A stretch of 64,000 nt of DNA from Lepidodermella squamata. Its lineage: Eukaryota > Animalia > Gastrotricha. Both the position numbers and the translations under genes were made by a program. The stretch covers positions 62,001 through 126,000 of the forward strand of contig JBLDXI010000060.1 of the NCBI GenBank assembly GCA_047495785.1, read 5' to 3'. This document shows, piece by piece, positions 52,709 to 63,897 of the stretch. Numbering within the stretch: the stretch's first letter is position 1; the number at the start of each line of letters is the position of its first letter. The notes beneath the pieces were generated by a model. The model saw nothing but the letters and a program-made list of their open reading frames with translations, was not told the DNA's origin and did no database searches.

Positions 52709-54312
52709 ATGTTTCGTGCTAGCGCAGCAGCTCGTTGTCGTTGTTGTGTCTTCCTATTTTGCTTAGTTACTTTTGCGCTCATTGCTTTCATCAACCGAAA
52801 CGATCGGCCGCAAAACTTTGGAAATGAACCGCAAAAGCCGTCCATCTTAAATGGAATTTCCTCTGAAAATCTGATGAAACTGCCCGATACTATTGCTAAC
52901 TTCTGGAATGAACCGAATCGACTGCCGAGCTACGTTAAGGAGGGCATAAAACATGTTATTAAGTCACCATACAGCATGATGTACCGGCAGTTTTCGAGAG
53001 CTGCAATCAAGCATGTTGGAGATGCCGACACCTTACATCGTGCTATTGTACGGTTGTTCGATCCACCCACCGAAAATTGGCTAAACAATTTGAAGAATGA
53101 GCAAAGAAGTCTCAATGTTGTTCTTCTGGGCGAATCCACGTCTGCTAATCGGGTAATTTAATGTGAAGTCTTCGAATTCGATTTATATGCTTTCATTCTC
53201 AGGGTGGGAAACCGGTTCATGTCGATTATCTGGTTGGCTGGCTCAACAAGACTCTCGAACCTCTTGGTTTCCATGCTAAAGCTGAGAATTGGGCTCTCGG
53301 AGCAACAAACAGCGGGTTTTTCTCATACTGCGCCGATCAGTTTTTCAATCCGAAAGATTTCGATATCGCCTTAATCCAATTCACGAGAAACCCAGAAACT
53401 AAGGAAGAATTCAGTGCACTAATAGCTGATTTACGCTACAAAAATCCTGACTTACACATCATCATTGTCGATTTCCCGAATATTCGCGACACTTTCCAGC
53501 CAGATGAATTGCGAGAAAAGCCAAAATTGATGAACCTACCCATCCATATCGACGTCGCTAGATGCATGGATGTTACCGTTATCGGCTCGGAAGAATTTCT
53601 GACTGATGAGAAAAAATGGACGAAAACTGAGACAGAGTTGAAAGAGCTTGATCATATCTTCCAGTACTACATCTCACAGGTTGACTTCAAACATGCTGGT
53701 CCCCCGGTTCATATCATGGTTACGGAACACATCATCAGCTACCTTAAACAATCACTACGGCAACTGCTCGAAACTGATTTATACCCGTTGCAGAAACAGG
53801 TCGAGAAATCGAAGAGAAATTATCATTACGAATGTCATTTGACTCATATGGAACATGAGGGTCGTTCGAAAGAGAACCTAGTTCCTTTAGAAACCGAAAC
53901 CGAAAAGGATAGTATCGACTTCCTAAATTGCTGGTTGATTGAACATGAGAACACGCTGGAATTTGAATTTTCAGAATTCAACACCGATATTACAACATGT
54001 TACCTCCCTCGAATTCTCATTTCTTACGGTCGCTGGAATTACGAGTGTGTAGCTGAGGGTGGCCACTTCAACATCGCTTACACCTTCAAAATGGTAGATG
54101 GGAAAGAATACGAGGCGAATTACGATGTTGATATGTACACAATTTTTCCGTTCGTACATTCTGTTATTACGACGCCAGTGGATGCGCATAGAAAAGTTCC
54201 GTGTTTTTCGGTTGCTAATGATTTAGTGTCCGTCCGCGTAGTTCTGACCAACCACTGCTCAAACATATGCGACTTGGCTGTTTATTCAGTGACTGTTGCT
54301 TTTAAAGAATAA
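52709..54312 (+). CDS. SGNH/GDSL-hydrolase-like protein 1, type II anchor (exons 52709-53152, 53203-54312)
   Basis: Block I VLLGESTS, block II NWALGATNS, block V DFKH. Phase-0 50-bp intron. N-terminal hydrophobic anchor. Confidence 0.78.
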
Positions 54313-54385
54313 ATATTGCGGGGATCAGAGTCCTTTCTTGATGCACGTGTTTATCGCAATTCTCCATACCAATTCATTTGGAAAA

Positions 54386-55839
54386 ATGAGAATTTACGTT
54401 ATAACCTGTTTAATTGCCAATCTTTACGGGAGCTCTGCCGTGAAGCTTCCTAATTATGTAGTTGAAGGACTGGAGACAATTGTCAACACCCCATACAGTG
54501 CGATTTACAGTCAATTCAACGAAAAAGCTCTCGCGCATTGGGGAGAACAAAACTCACTGCATCACATTTTTGTCAGACTTTTCGATCCACCTAAAGAAAA
54601 CTGGCTGCAAAATTTGAATAATGAAAACCGAACGTTGCGATTCCTGACTCTCGGGGAGTCCACATCTTCCCATTACGTTAGTTTCCCATGTAACACGATC
54701 GATTCGCTATGTCTTATTTCCTTTAGAAACAAGACGGATATCTTGGCAGAGTTGCGACCTGGTTGAACGAAACCCTCAAGCCGATGGGTATTTATGTCTA
54801 CCATGAAAACTGGGCAATGGGCGGGACTGGAGGGCCGTTCTACGGCCAATGTGCTCATTCAATGATCGACCTGACGCGTTTCGACGTAGTCAGCCTTCAG
54901 TTTTCATCACACGGCGAATCAGATGGGGACATGAGTTTTACAATCGAACGGATGCAAGCCGCGAACCCACGAATTCATGTTATCATTGTCGACTTCGCTT
55001 CCGCGAGCAATTTACTTGCAGATGAATCATTCTATGCGGAAGCTGAGCTGTATAACAACTTTCGCAAACACGTAAAACCGGCTAAAGATCATGACGTTAC
55101 ATTGATAGGCCTACCTAAATTCATGTGTAGTAACAATTCTTGGCCGAAAACGCAGGAAGAACTCGATGAGAAGGAATATATCCTGGATTACTACGTATCC
55201 GAATATGATTTCGTTCACGCTGGTTATCGGCATCATGCAATGATAAGTGAACATATCGTATACTACCTTAAGAAATCGCTTAGAAAGCTTCTTTCAAATG
55301 GAGTCTACCCTGCCCAAGTCAACGTAAAACCGAATGAATATGTCTTCGAGTGTAAACTCAACCATACAACGCATGAAAACAGGATAATGGACACCCTGAA
55401 ACCGACGACGAATTGCGAGATGAGTGGCCTCGATTTTTTGAGATCATACACTGTCCCTTTCGATGAAAGCCTCGAATTCAACATCACGTTGCAGAATCAA
55501 AGGGTGATGACGTGCTATCTGCCGCGTTTGGGCATCGCCTATGGAAATAAGGAAGGTGATTGTGGCCTTGCAAGTGGCTCGATTTTGTTGGACTATCGTA
55601 TGGAGATGGTCGATAAGAAGGTTTATGATAACACTGATTACGAAGTCGAAATTAGCCCTGAAGATTTTCCTTTCAATCCTTATGCGAAGATGATGCCATT
55701 AGACGCGCATAAACAAGTTCCTTGCTACATTACAGGCTCTATTAAATCTTTGCTGGTAACGGTGACTAATAGAAATGCTGAAAAATGTCCGATGTCCGTC
55801 TATGCTATCACAGTTGCTTTCAAAATAACTCCTGAATAA
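54386..55839 (+). CDS. SGNH-hydrolase-like protein 2, signal peptide (exons 54386-54676, 54727-55839)
   Basis: LTLGESTS, NWAMGGTG, DFVH. Same intron position as its paralogs. Confidence 0.78.
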
Positions 55840-55915
55840 ACATGAGCTTATTTGCGCACGTGAATTTCGACAGGACTGAATGAGAGAGATAATTACGCTT
55901 GCGACACTTTCTCAG

Positions 55916-57494
55916 ATGGTTAGGAATTTTCTCGTACTTTTAAGGAGGCTGGTCCTCTTCCTCATTTTTCTATCTGGCCTCTACCTATGCCTGGCGTTCA
56001 TGGCCCACAGCTATGGGACGAAAATATTACCTCATATCGACGTTGTAGATCGCTTTGTTCCTGAACTACCGATTCCTAATTTTCACGTTTTCGAAAAAGA
56101 AAAGCCGAAACCCCCACTGCCTGAGTACGCAATCGAAGGCTTGCGAATGCTTGCAAACACGCCTCAAAGAATGACCTACAGCCAATTCGACAAAAAATCC
56201 GTGGTTCACACTGGCGAGCAAGAGACCTTCCACAGATTACTCGTGAATCTATTCGACCCTCCAATGGAAAACTGGCTCGAAAATTTGAAGAATGAAAATC
56301 GAGGACTCAAGATTGGCGTAGTTGGAGAGTCAACTTCGAAGCACTTTGTAAGGTGATTTCATGTTGAGTTACAGGTTTTCATCTCAATCCTCATAACAGA
56401 GATACAATGGCTATGTCTGGATGGTGAGTGAATGGTTCAACAGGACACTGTACCAAATGGGCTTTGAAGTGACTATGGAGAACTGGGCGATCGGCGGCAC
56501 TGGTAGTGGGTTCTTCGCAATGTGTGGCGATGAGATGCTCGACTACACTCGATTCGACATCCTATTCGTTCAATTTTCGCTTCACGAAGAGACTGTCTAC
56601 GAATTCGAAACTCTGATACGAGAGATGAGGTGGCATAACCCTAAACTGCATGTCGTGGTCATTGATTTCGCGGATGTGAAAGCCCTCCTAAGACAGGCCG
56701 ATGTACCTCATCGCCGTGAAAATTTCGAAAATCATATCATCTCAGCGAAACGACTGAATGTTACCCTGATTGCGCTGCCAGAGCTTCTGTGTCCGCAAGA
56801 CACGTGTGTGAAGACTCAGGATCAGTTAGACCAGGCCTCGGATGTTGGGGATTACTACATCTCAAAAGACAACAATCATGCAGGTATGCCTGCAAATCAC
56901 TTGGTTGCCGAGAACATTATCGCTTACTTCAAAACGTCCATCAATCAATTGCTACAATCGAATGAATATCCGCCGCCAATGCCTCGAAGAGAGCCGGCAA
57001 AGAGATACTTTGACTGCAGCTTGTCTCACGAGGAAATGGAAAAGCGTACCCTGAACGATTTGATTGCGACGAGGAACGATGTAGATAGGGATGCCATCGA
57101 CTACGTGTCATGCTACGTTATTGACCATGAGGATTATTTGGAATTCGACCTCAGGAAATGGGAAAAGGGTCTTCGAACTTGTAAACTGCCGTTAATCGCG
57201 ATTTCCTACGGTGACGAGGACCCTGGCGAGGGACCTGAAAGTGGATATTTCGAAGTTAGCTATAAACTGAGACTCACAACAGGGCAGGAGTACTCCTCGT
57301 CTCGGAATCTAGAGATTAACCCACAATTTCCGTTCTACCATATCTCATTAGGAATGGACCCGGTCGACAATTTGCAAGAAGTTGCTTGCTTCAATACAAC
57401 TGACATTGCGTCGATGGTGGTGAAGGTTGGGAATTTTAACGAACAGGGATATCGAGTGGCCCTTTACTCTGTAACTGTTATTTTCGAGCTATGA
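55916..57494 (+). CDS. SGNH-hydrolase-like protein 3, type II anchor (exons 55916-56347, 56400-57494)
   Basis: GVVGESTS, NWAIGGTGS, DNNH. Same intron position. Confidence 0.78.
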
Positions 57495-57911
57495 AGCTTG
57501 CAAAACACTGAGTGCCAATGATGTTCCTGTAGTAAAAAATTGCTTGTTTAATCTCATAGCGTGATCAATTTTGCAATTTACATATTGCACCCACGCATTG
57601 AACCTCTGATGCAAAATGCTTGAATTATATCAATTATTGCAAAATCGATCCTTGCGTTTGCTCTCACATTTTTTATTTGATCAGGGGATTCGCCCATTCA
57701 TACCGGTGATGGATGCCTGTAGATTACAGAGTTCGGTTACTTCAATCTCAAATATTTGAGAAATCGCTGTTTACACTGCAAAACTGCGCTTTGAGCTTAA
57801 TTGAATATTGGATTCCGTCAACCACGCTGGTGTCCATTTCGAGAGCTGCTGCATCAGTCGATTTGATCAATTCTAATTTTACTTTGATTCAAACTAAGAG
57901 AAAATCCTAGA

Positions 57912-59115
57912 ATGATTTTTTGTTCAGTCCTATTTTTGATGAGTGTCACCGCAATCGTCTCAGACGATTCATTTATGCCATATGAAGCACAGCTGAAGCA
58001 AAATATGTCGGAGAAATGTGGCATTCTAACGAATGCGAGACCTGTCAAGCGTGGCAACGAAACGGTAGAGGTAAGTGTTGTATTCAATCTCATCCGTTTG
58101 CGGCAGCTTGATGAACCCGAGGAGCGACTTGACGTATTGTTGTCTCTGGCTCTGACCTACCAACACCCGTGTGTTAGCTGGAATCCTGCAGATTGGGGGG
58201 ACACTAAATCCTTTCGAGTCGATACGGCTGATACTTGGAAGCCACCAATATTTCTCCAGAATGCAGACGCTGAGACGTCGATGAAAGATCCGTATGAAAA
58301 GTCTGTTGGCGTTGCATTCTTAAATGACAGCCGTGTGGCAATGATAACCACTGTCAGTCTGTCTACATTCTGCTTGCTAGAGTAAGCCAAACATTTCAAA
58401 GTAGACAATACTTTTCTATCTCACTTTATTCAGCCTCGAAAAATTTCCATTCGACACTCAAAGGTGTTCCGTAATTTTGGAGTCAAACGATGACTCTGGA
58501 ACTCTGAAATTGTCACTGTATCCTGGTTTGTCCGGCATCACAGCCACGGATGATGCGCCGTTCATTTCACCTACAGCTGTTTGGACATTGGTCAATTTCA
58601 GCGTGGGTGAAAGAAGTGTAACGTACGATGCCTATTCAAGCTACGATTCCTTATACTTCAATCGTGTCTTCTTCGAAATCGAAATCACCCGCAAACCTGG
58701 CACTTACGTCATCAACATTTTCTTCCCCAGCTTCGCCTTATCAGCCCTTCTATTCGGATCAGTTTTCATCGAGCCTGATTCGCCCGACCGAGCAATGTTT
58801 TGCGTCACCTTGCTTCTCTCATTTTCTGTCCTGCAATCAAGCATTGTTGGCATGATCCCAGAGTCGAGTGTCATGCCCTACGCACTGCTATTCGTCACAG
58901 CTCAGCTATCAGCTGGAATCATTCTTACATTCTACACTCTCCTCGCTGTTTGCTTAGTAGCTAAGCCGTGGTTTCAACGCGAAGTGTTCGCTAAGGTCAA
59001 ATATTTACCAACAATGGAGGTGATCAGAGTTTTTGATGCGATTTTCTTTGGAGGTGGCGGGTTGATGCTGTTCGCCATCGATTTATACATTTTCGGTCGA
59101 ATGATTTCGAAGTGA
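57912..59115 (+). CDS. Cys-loop LGIC subunit 11 (exons 57912-58381, 58434-59115)
   Basis: Spliced CLLDLEKFPFDTQRC; loop B ESN; SPDRA; 4 TM. Confidence 0.92.
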
Positions 59116-59248
59116 ACATGCAGATAATTTTTTCATCGTTTTTAATTAATCTGACTGGAAAATATGAAAAATAAACATCGCTGTGAATTCATTTCCCCAC
59201 TAAAGCATTCCTGGCGCTAGGCCATGCACTGATTCAATAGAAGAAAAT

Positions 59249-59975
59249 TTGTTACTTGAGTTCTTACTTCTTAACCTAATTTCGGTCATAGCTGCTCAAA
59301 ACTCGACGTACATTCCCTATGGCGAGCAATTGAAAAGCTATTTTGCTGACAAGTGTAGCATTCTGTCGAGCGCGCGCCCGGTGATAAACGGCAATGATAC
59401 CATCGAAGCAGTGAAGGAAGTAGGATTTTCGCTGAAAGGGGGATATCCAAAAAAATTGCAAAAAAAATAGCAAAATAAAATAGCTAGAATATGTATGAAA
59501 ATCGATGTTTTCTATAACGAAAATTGCGTATTTGTGGACTTGGACAATCTATCTACGATCACCTGTAAAGAAGGGGGGATGTTCCCTTTTCTTGGGGGCG
59601 CAACATTTCGCGAAGAGGGGGTAAACCCCCTCAACCCTCCCGCTACTTCCTACACTGCATCGAAGTGCAATTTGTTTTCAACCCGATGAGGCCCAGGGAG
59701 TTGGATGAGGTCGAGGAGAGGATAGACATCCTCATGTGTCTGATTTTCGGATACCAGCACCCATGCGTGAAGTGGAACCCCGGCGATTGGGGCTGGACTC
59801 GGGAATTCAGAATCAATCCAGCTGATACTTGGAAACCGTCAGTCTATCTGTTAAACGGCGATGCCTCTGTATCACTGCGGGACGCCATTTATGACGCTGT
59901 TGGCTTCAGTTTCAGATTTAATGGCGACGCCCATCTATCCACAACAATTAGCTTTTCTACATTCTGTTTGCTGGA
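59249..59975 (+). pseudogene. LGIC exon-1-only pseudogene (ATG lost, hAT insertion, exon 2 missing)
   Basis: Paralog of 62380-62849. Start mutated, interrupted at 59409-59657, and followed by a MITE and the duplication junction instead of exon 2. Confidence 0.88.
59409..59657. mobile_element. hAT-family MITE inserted in an LGIC exon
   Basis: TIRs CAGTGAAGGAAGTAG / CTACTTCCTACACTG. Perfect 8-bp TSD CATCGAAG. Empty site in the paralog near 62532. Confidence 0.95.
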
Positions 59976-60032
59976 GTGTGAGTTTGAAATGAATTCTCCA
60001 TCAACCCAATTTCATTTTTATTGGCATTTTAA

Positions 60033-60773
60033 CCCTTTCACGGCGGGAAGGACGATTTCGGAATTTCGACTTTGTAAATTCACAGAAATTTGAATTTGAT
60101 AAATTATTGATCGCCCTTTTGAGGAATATTGCTTTTCGATGTTAGCTACAAGGTGTTGAGACCAGGACACCGTTATCTTGCATGGTCAGGACATACTAGC
60201 AATTTGAAAATTTGAAATCTCATGGGTTCCTGAGTATTTATTGATCCAACAAAAAATACCACCGTGTCCGCCATAGTCTCATTGACCTCTGTGTAAATTT
60301 TGTTGAGTTGGAAATTAAAAATGACGACGCTATTGAAATTTAATCAAACCGGCCGAAATCGTCCTATCCGCCTGGACTTATACAGGCGGAGTGCTTGATT
60401 TTTTTGCTCTAAAACAGCTGCGCGTGAAAAATATGAAAAAGCTGAATACTGATTTCAACACTGATTTTGATACTGGTTTTAACGGGTTCCTTTTGATAAT
60501 GTCAGTAGGGGGAATCGTTAGGGACTTACACGAGAGCAATTTTGAGTCTGAAAATCTAATGTTCAAAGCATCTAAGACAGAAGCTAGGGTGTTTGAAAAA
60601 TCTGCTGAAATCAGCTGGGCGGATAGGACGATTTCGGCCAGTTTTTGTACAGCCTTAACGGTGATAGATAGAGATAAACGGGTTTCAAAATTGTGATCAG
60701 GGCCCTCTAAAACCCCTAGAACTGGTGTCAAATATTTTTTCTACCAGAGATAACTAATTCCGCCATGAAAGGG
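60033..60773. mobile_element. piggyBac-like MITE
   Basis: TTAA|CCCTTTCACGGCGG ... CCGCCATGAAAGGG|TTAA. Internal GGACGATTTCGG repeats. Truncated copy at 62907-63120. Confidence 0.88.
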
Positions 60774-61049
60774 TTAAACGCTGCGTTTGCTCTCTCATCA
60801 TTTTTTATTTGATCAGGTGATTCACCCATTCATGCCGGTGATGTATACACATGGCTGTAGATTACAGAGTTCGCCGACTTCAATCTCAAATATTTGAGAG
60901 ATCGCTCAGTTTACATTGCAGAATTGCGCTCAGAGCTTAATTGAATTTTGGATTGATCTAACCACGCTGATGTCCATTTCGAGCTGTTTCATTCATTTTG
61001 ATAATTTGAAATCTTTCACTTGGTTTGAAACGGACGAAAACCCAACATA

Positions 61050-62247
61050 ATGATTTTGTATTCACTTTTATTGCTGACGAGTGCCACAGGGATCTTTTCG
61101 GACGATTCATTTGTGCCATATGAAGCACAGCTGAATCAGAACTTATCTGATAAATGTGGATTTCCAACAAAGGCGAGGCCTGTGAAACGTGGCACTGATA
61201 CGGTGAAGCTAAGTATTATATTCAATCCCATCCGTATGCGGCAGCTCGACGAACGCGAGGAGCGGCTTGACATATTGCTCGCTTTTATTATTAATTATCA
61301 ACACCCGTGTGTGAGTTGGAACCCCCAAGATTGGGGAGACACTCGATTGTTTCGAGTTGATACGGCTGACACTTGGAAACCACCATTATTTCTCCAGAAT
61401 GCAGATTCCGAGACGTCGATGAAAGATCCGTATGAAAAGTCTACTGGCGTCAATTTCGCGGACACCGGCTTAGTGTCAATGGTTACCACTGTCAGTGTGT
61501 CTACATTCTGCTTGCTAGAGTAAGCTAAAACATGTTTATTGACGTTCTTCCTCCGCCTCTATTTTATCCAGCCTCGAGAAATTTCCTTTTGACACTCAAA
61601 AGTGCCCAGTAATTTTGGAGTCCAACGAAGACTCTAACTTGACCAGATTAACTCTGTATGCAAATCTTTCTGGCATCACAGCCACAGAAGATGCGCCGTT
61701 TATTTCGCCAACGGCTGTTTGGGAATTGGTCAGTTTCAGCTTGGGTGAAAGAAGTGTAACGTACGCTGCGTATGGAGACGCTGTTTCGTTCAGTCGTGTA
61801 TTTTTTGAAATCGAAATCAGCCGCAAGCCCAGCTCTTTCGTCGTCAACATTTTCTTCCCCAGCTTCGCCTTATCAGCCCTGCTATTTGGATCAGTTTTCA
61901 TCGAGCCTGGTTCGCCCGACCGAGCAATGTTTTGCGTCACCTTGCTTCTCTCATTTTCTGTCCTGCAATCAAGCATTGTTGGCATGATCCCAGAGTCGAG
62001 TGTCATGCCCTACGCTTTGCTATTCGTCGCAGCTCAGCTATCAGCTGGAATCATTCTTACATTCTACACTCTCCTCGCTGTTTGCTTGGTATCTAAGCCG
62101 TGGTTTCAACGCGAGGTGTTCGCCAAGGTCAAATATTTACCAACAATGGAGGTGATCAGAGTTTTTGATGCGATTTTCTATGGAGGTGGCGGGTTGATGC
62201 TGTTCGCCATCGATTTATACATTTTCGGTCGAATGGTCTCGAAGTGA
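61050..62247 (+). CDS. Cys-loop LGIC subunit 12 (exons 61050-61519, 61572-62247)
   Basis: Duplicate of subunit 11 with intact frames. Confidence 0.92.
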
Positions 62248-62379
62248 ACATGCTGATAAATTATTTCATTGTTTTTAATTAATCTGACTGGAAAATATGA
62301 AAAATAAACATCGCTGTGAATTCATTTCCTCTATAGAGCATTCCTGGCGCTAGGCCATGCACTGATTCAATAAAGGAAA

Positions 62380-63897
62380 ATGCTACTTCAACTCTTACTT
62401 CTTAACCTCGTTTCGGCCGTAACCGCGCAAAATTTGTCGTACGTTCCGTATGGCGAGCAATTAAAAAGCTATTTCGCTGACAAGTGTAGCATTCTGTCGA
62501 GCGCTCGCCCGGTGATAAACGGCAATGATACCATCGAAGTGCAATTTGTATTCAATCCGATGAGGCTCAGGGAGTTGAATGAGGTCGAGGAGAGGATAGA
62601 CATCCTCATGTGTCTGATTTACGGATATCAGCACCCATGCGTAAAGTGGAACCCCGGCGATTGGGGCTGGACTCGGGAATTCAGAATTGATGCAGCCGAG
62701 ACTTGGAAACCGTCAGTCTACTTGATAAACGGTGATGCCTCTGTCTCGCTGCGGGACGCCATTGATGACGCCGTTGGATACAGTTTCAGATTTAATGGCG
62801 ACGCCCATCTATCCACAACAATTAGCTTTTCTACATTCTGTTTGCTGGAGTGTGAGTTTGAAATGAATTCTCCATCAACCCAATTTCATTTTTATTGGCA
62901 TTTTAACCCTTTCACGGCGGGAAGGACGATTTCGGAATTTCGACTTTGTAAATTCACAGAAATTTGAATTTGATAAATTATTGATCGCCCTTTTGAGGAA
63001 TATTGCTTTTCGATGTTAGCTACAAGGTGTTGAGACCAGGACACCGTTATCTTGCATGGTCAGGACATACTAGCAATTTGAAAATTTGAAATCTCATGGG
63101 TTCCTGAGTATTTATTGATCGCCACCTATTTATCCACAACAGCAAGCTTTTCTACATTCTGTTTGCTGGAGTGAGTTTGAAATGAATTATCCCTTAGCCT
63201 AATTCAATTAATTTCAACCTAAAGCTTGACAAAATTCCCATTCGACACTCAAACATGCTCGATGATCTTCGAGTCGTTCGATAGCAATACAATTCAGCGG
63301 CTTAGGTTGCTGGAGTCAGCCTCTGGGATAACTGATTCAAAGGAGACGCCCTTCATCTCCCAAACATCTGTGTGGTCACTCGTTGGATTCACCCTTAACA
63401 ATTCCTCAGTCCGTTACGACTACATCCCAGGAAAAATGTTTGATCGAGTGTCTTTTCAAGTCATAGTCAGGCGTAAACCGGAATCGTATCTAATCAATAT
63501 CTTTTACCCTTCATTCGCGCTCTCAGGCCTGTTGTTTGGCTCGGCTTTGATCGCCCCAGATTCACCCGATCGAGCAACATTTTGCGTGACTCTGTTACTT
63601 GCTTTTTCTGTGCTTCAATCGAGTATTGTTGAGATGATCCCGAAATCTAGTGTCATTCCGTATGCTTTGGTATTTGTCACAGCTCAGCTTTCAGCTGGGA
63701 TACTCCTCACATTCTACTCACTTGCTACAGTTTGTATTGCGAGCCAGTCGAAGTTTAAGCGGAGAGTATTTAAGAATCGAAAATATTTGAATAGTGTGAC
63801 TCTGATAAGATTCATCGATTTAGTTGTCTTTTCAACAGGTGCCTTTTTGCTATTGTGGATTGATTGCTACGTTCTTGCACGAATGATGTGTAATTAA
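62380..63897 (+). CDS. Cys-loop LGIC subunit 13, possibly chimeric (exons 62380-62849, 63225-63897)
   Basis: Both exons are open. The 375-bp intron contains a MITE fragment and a second, diverged copy of the exon-1 end (63121-63170). The in-frame donor is the weaker GTGTGA. Confidence 0.68.

Larger units (their letters stand above)
57654..63120 (+). repeat. Tandem segmental duplication of about 3.1 kb (57654-60246 vs 60783-63120) carrying two LGIC genes
   Basis: Both units start TGCGTTTGCTCTC..CATTTTTTATTTGATCAGG. Genes and spacer are colinear. 59960-60246 and 62834-63120 look identical. Confidence 0.9.

Noticed and set aside
60378-60731. Overlapping 117-aa and 101-aa ORFs as a transposase remnant
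   Set aside because: No recognisable transposase motifs; they lie inside a short non-autonomous element.
21706-63897. Reading the alternating ~160-aa and ~215-aa ORFs as two separate gene families (soluble AChBP-like plus membrane protein) or as a prokaryotic operon
   Set aside because: Each pair is separated by a GT-AG intron (about 50 bp in all but the last gene) whose removal rebuilds a C-x13-C Cys-loop in frame, so they are exons of single genes.
21739-63897. Assigning nAChR alpha, 5-HT3 or CRT gene symbols
   Set aside because: No vicinal cysteines and too divergent; orthology cannot be established without a phylogeny.
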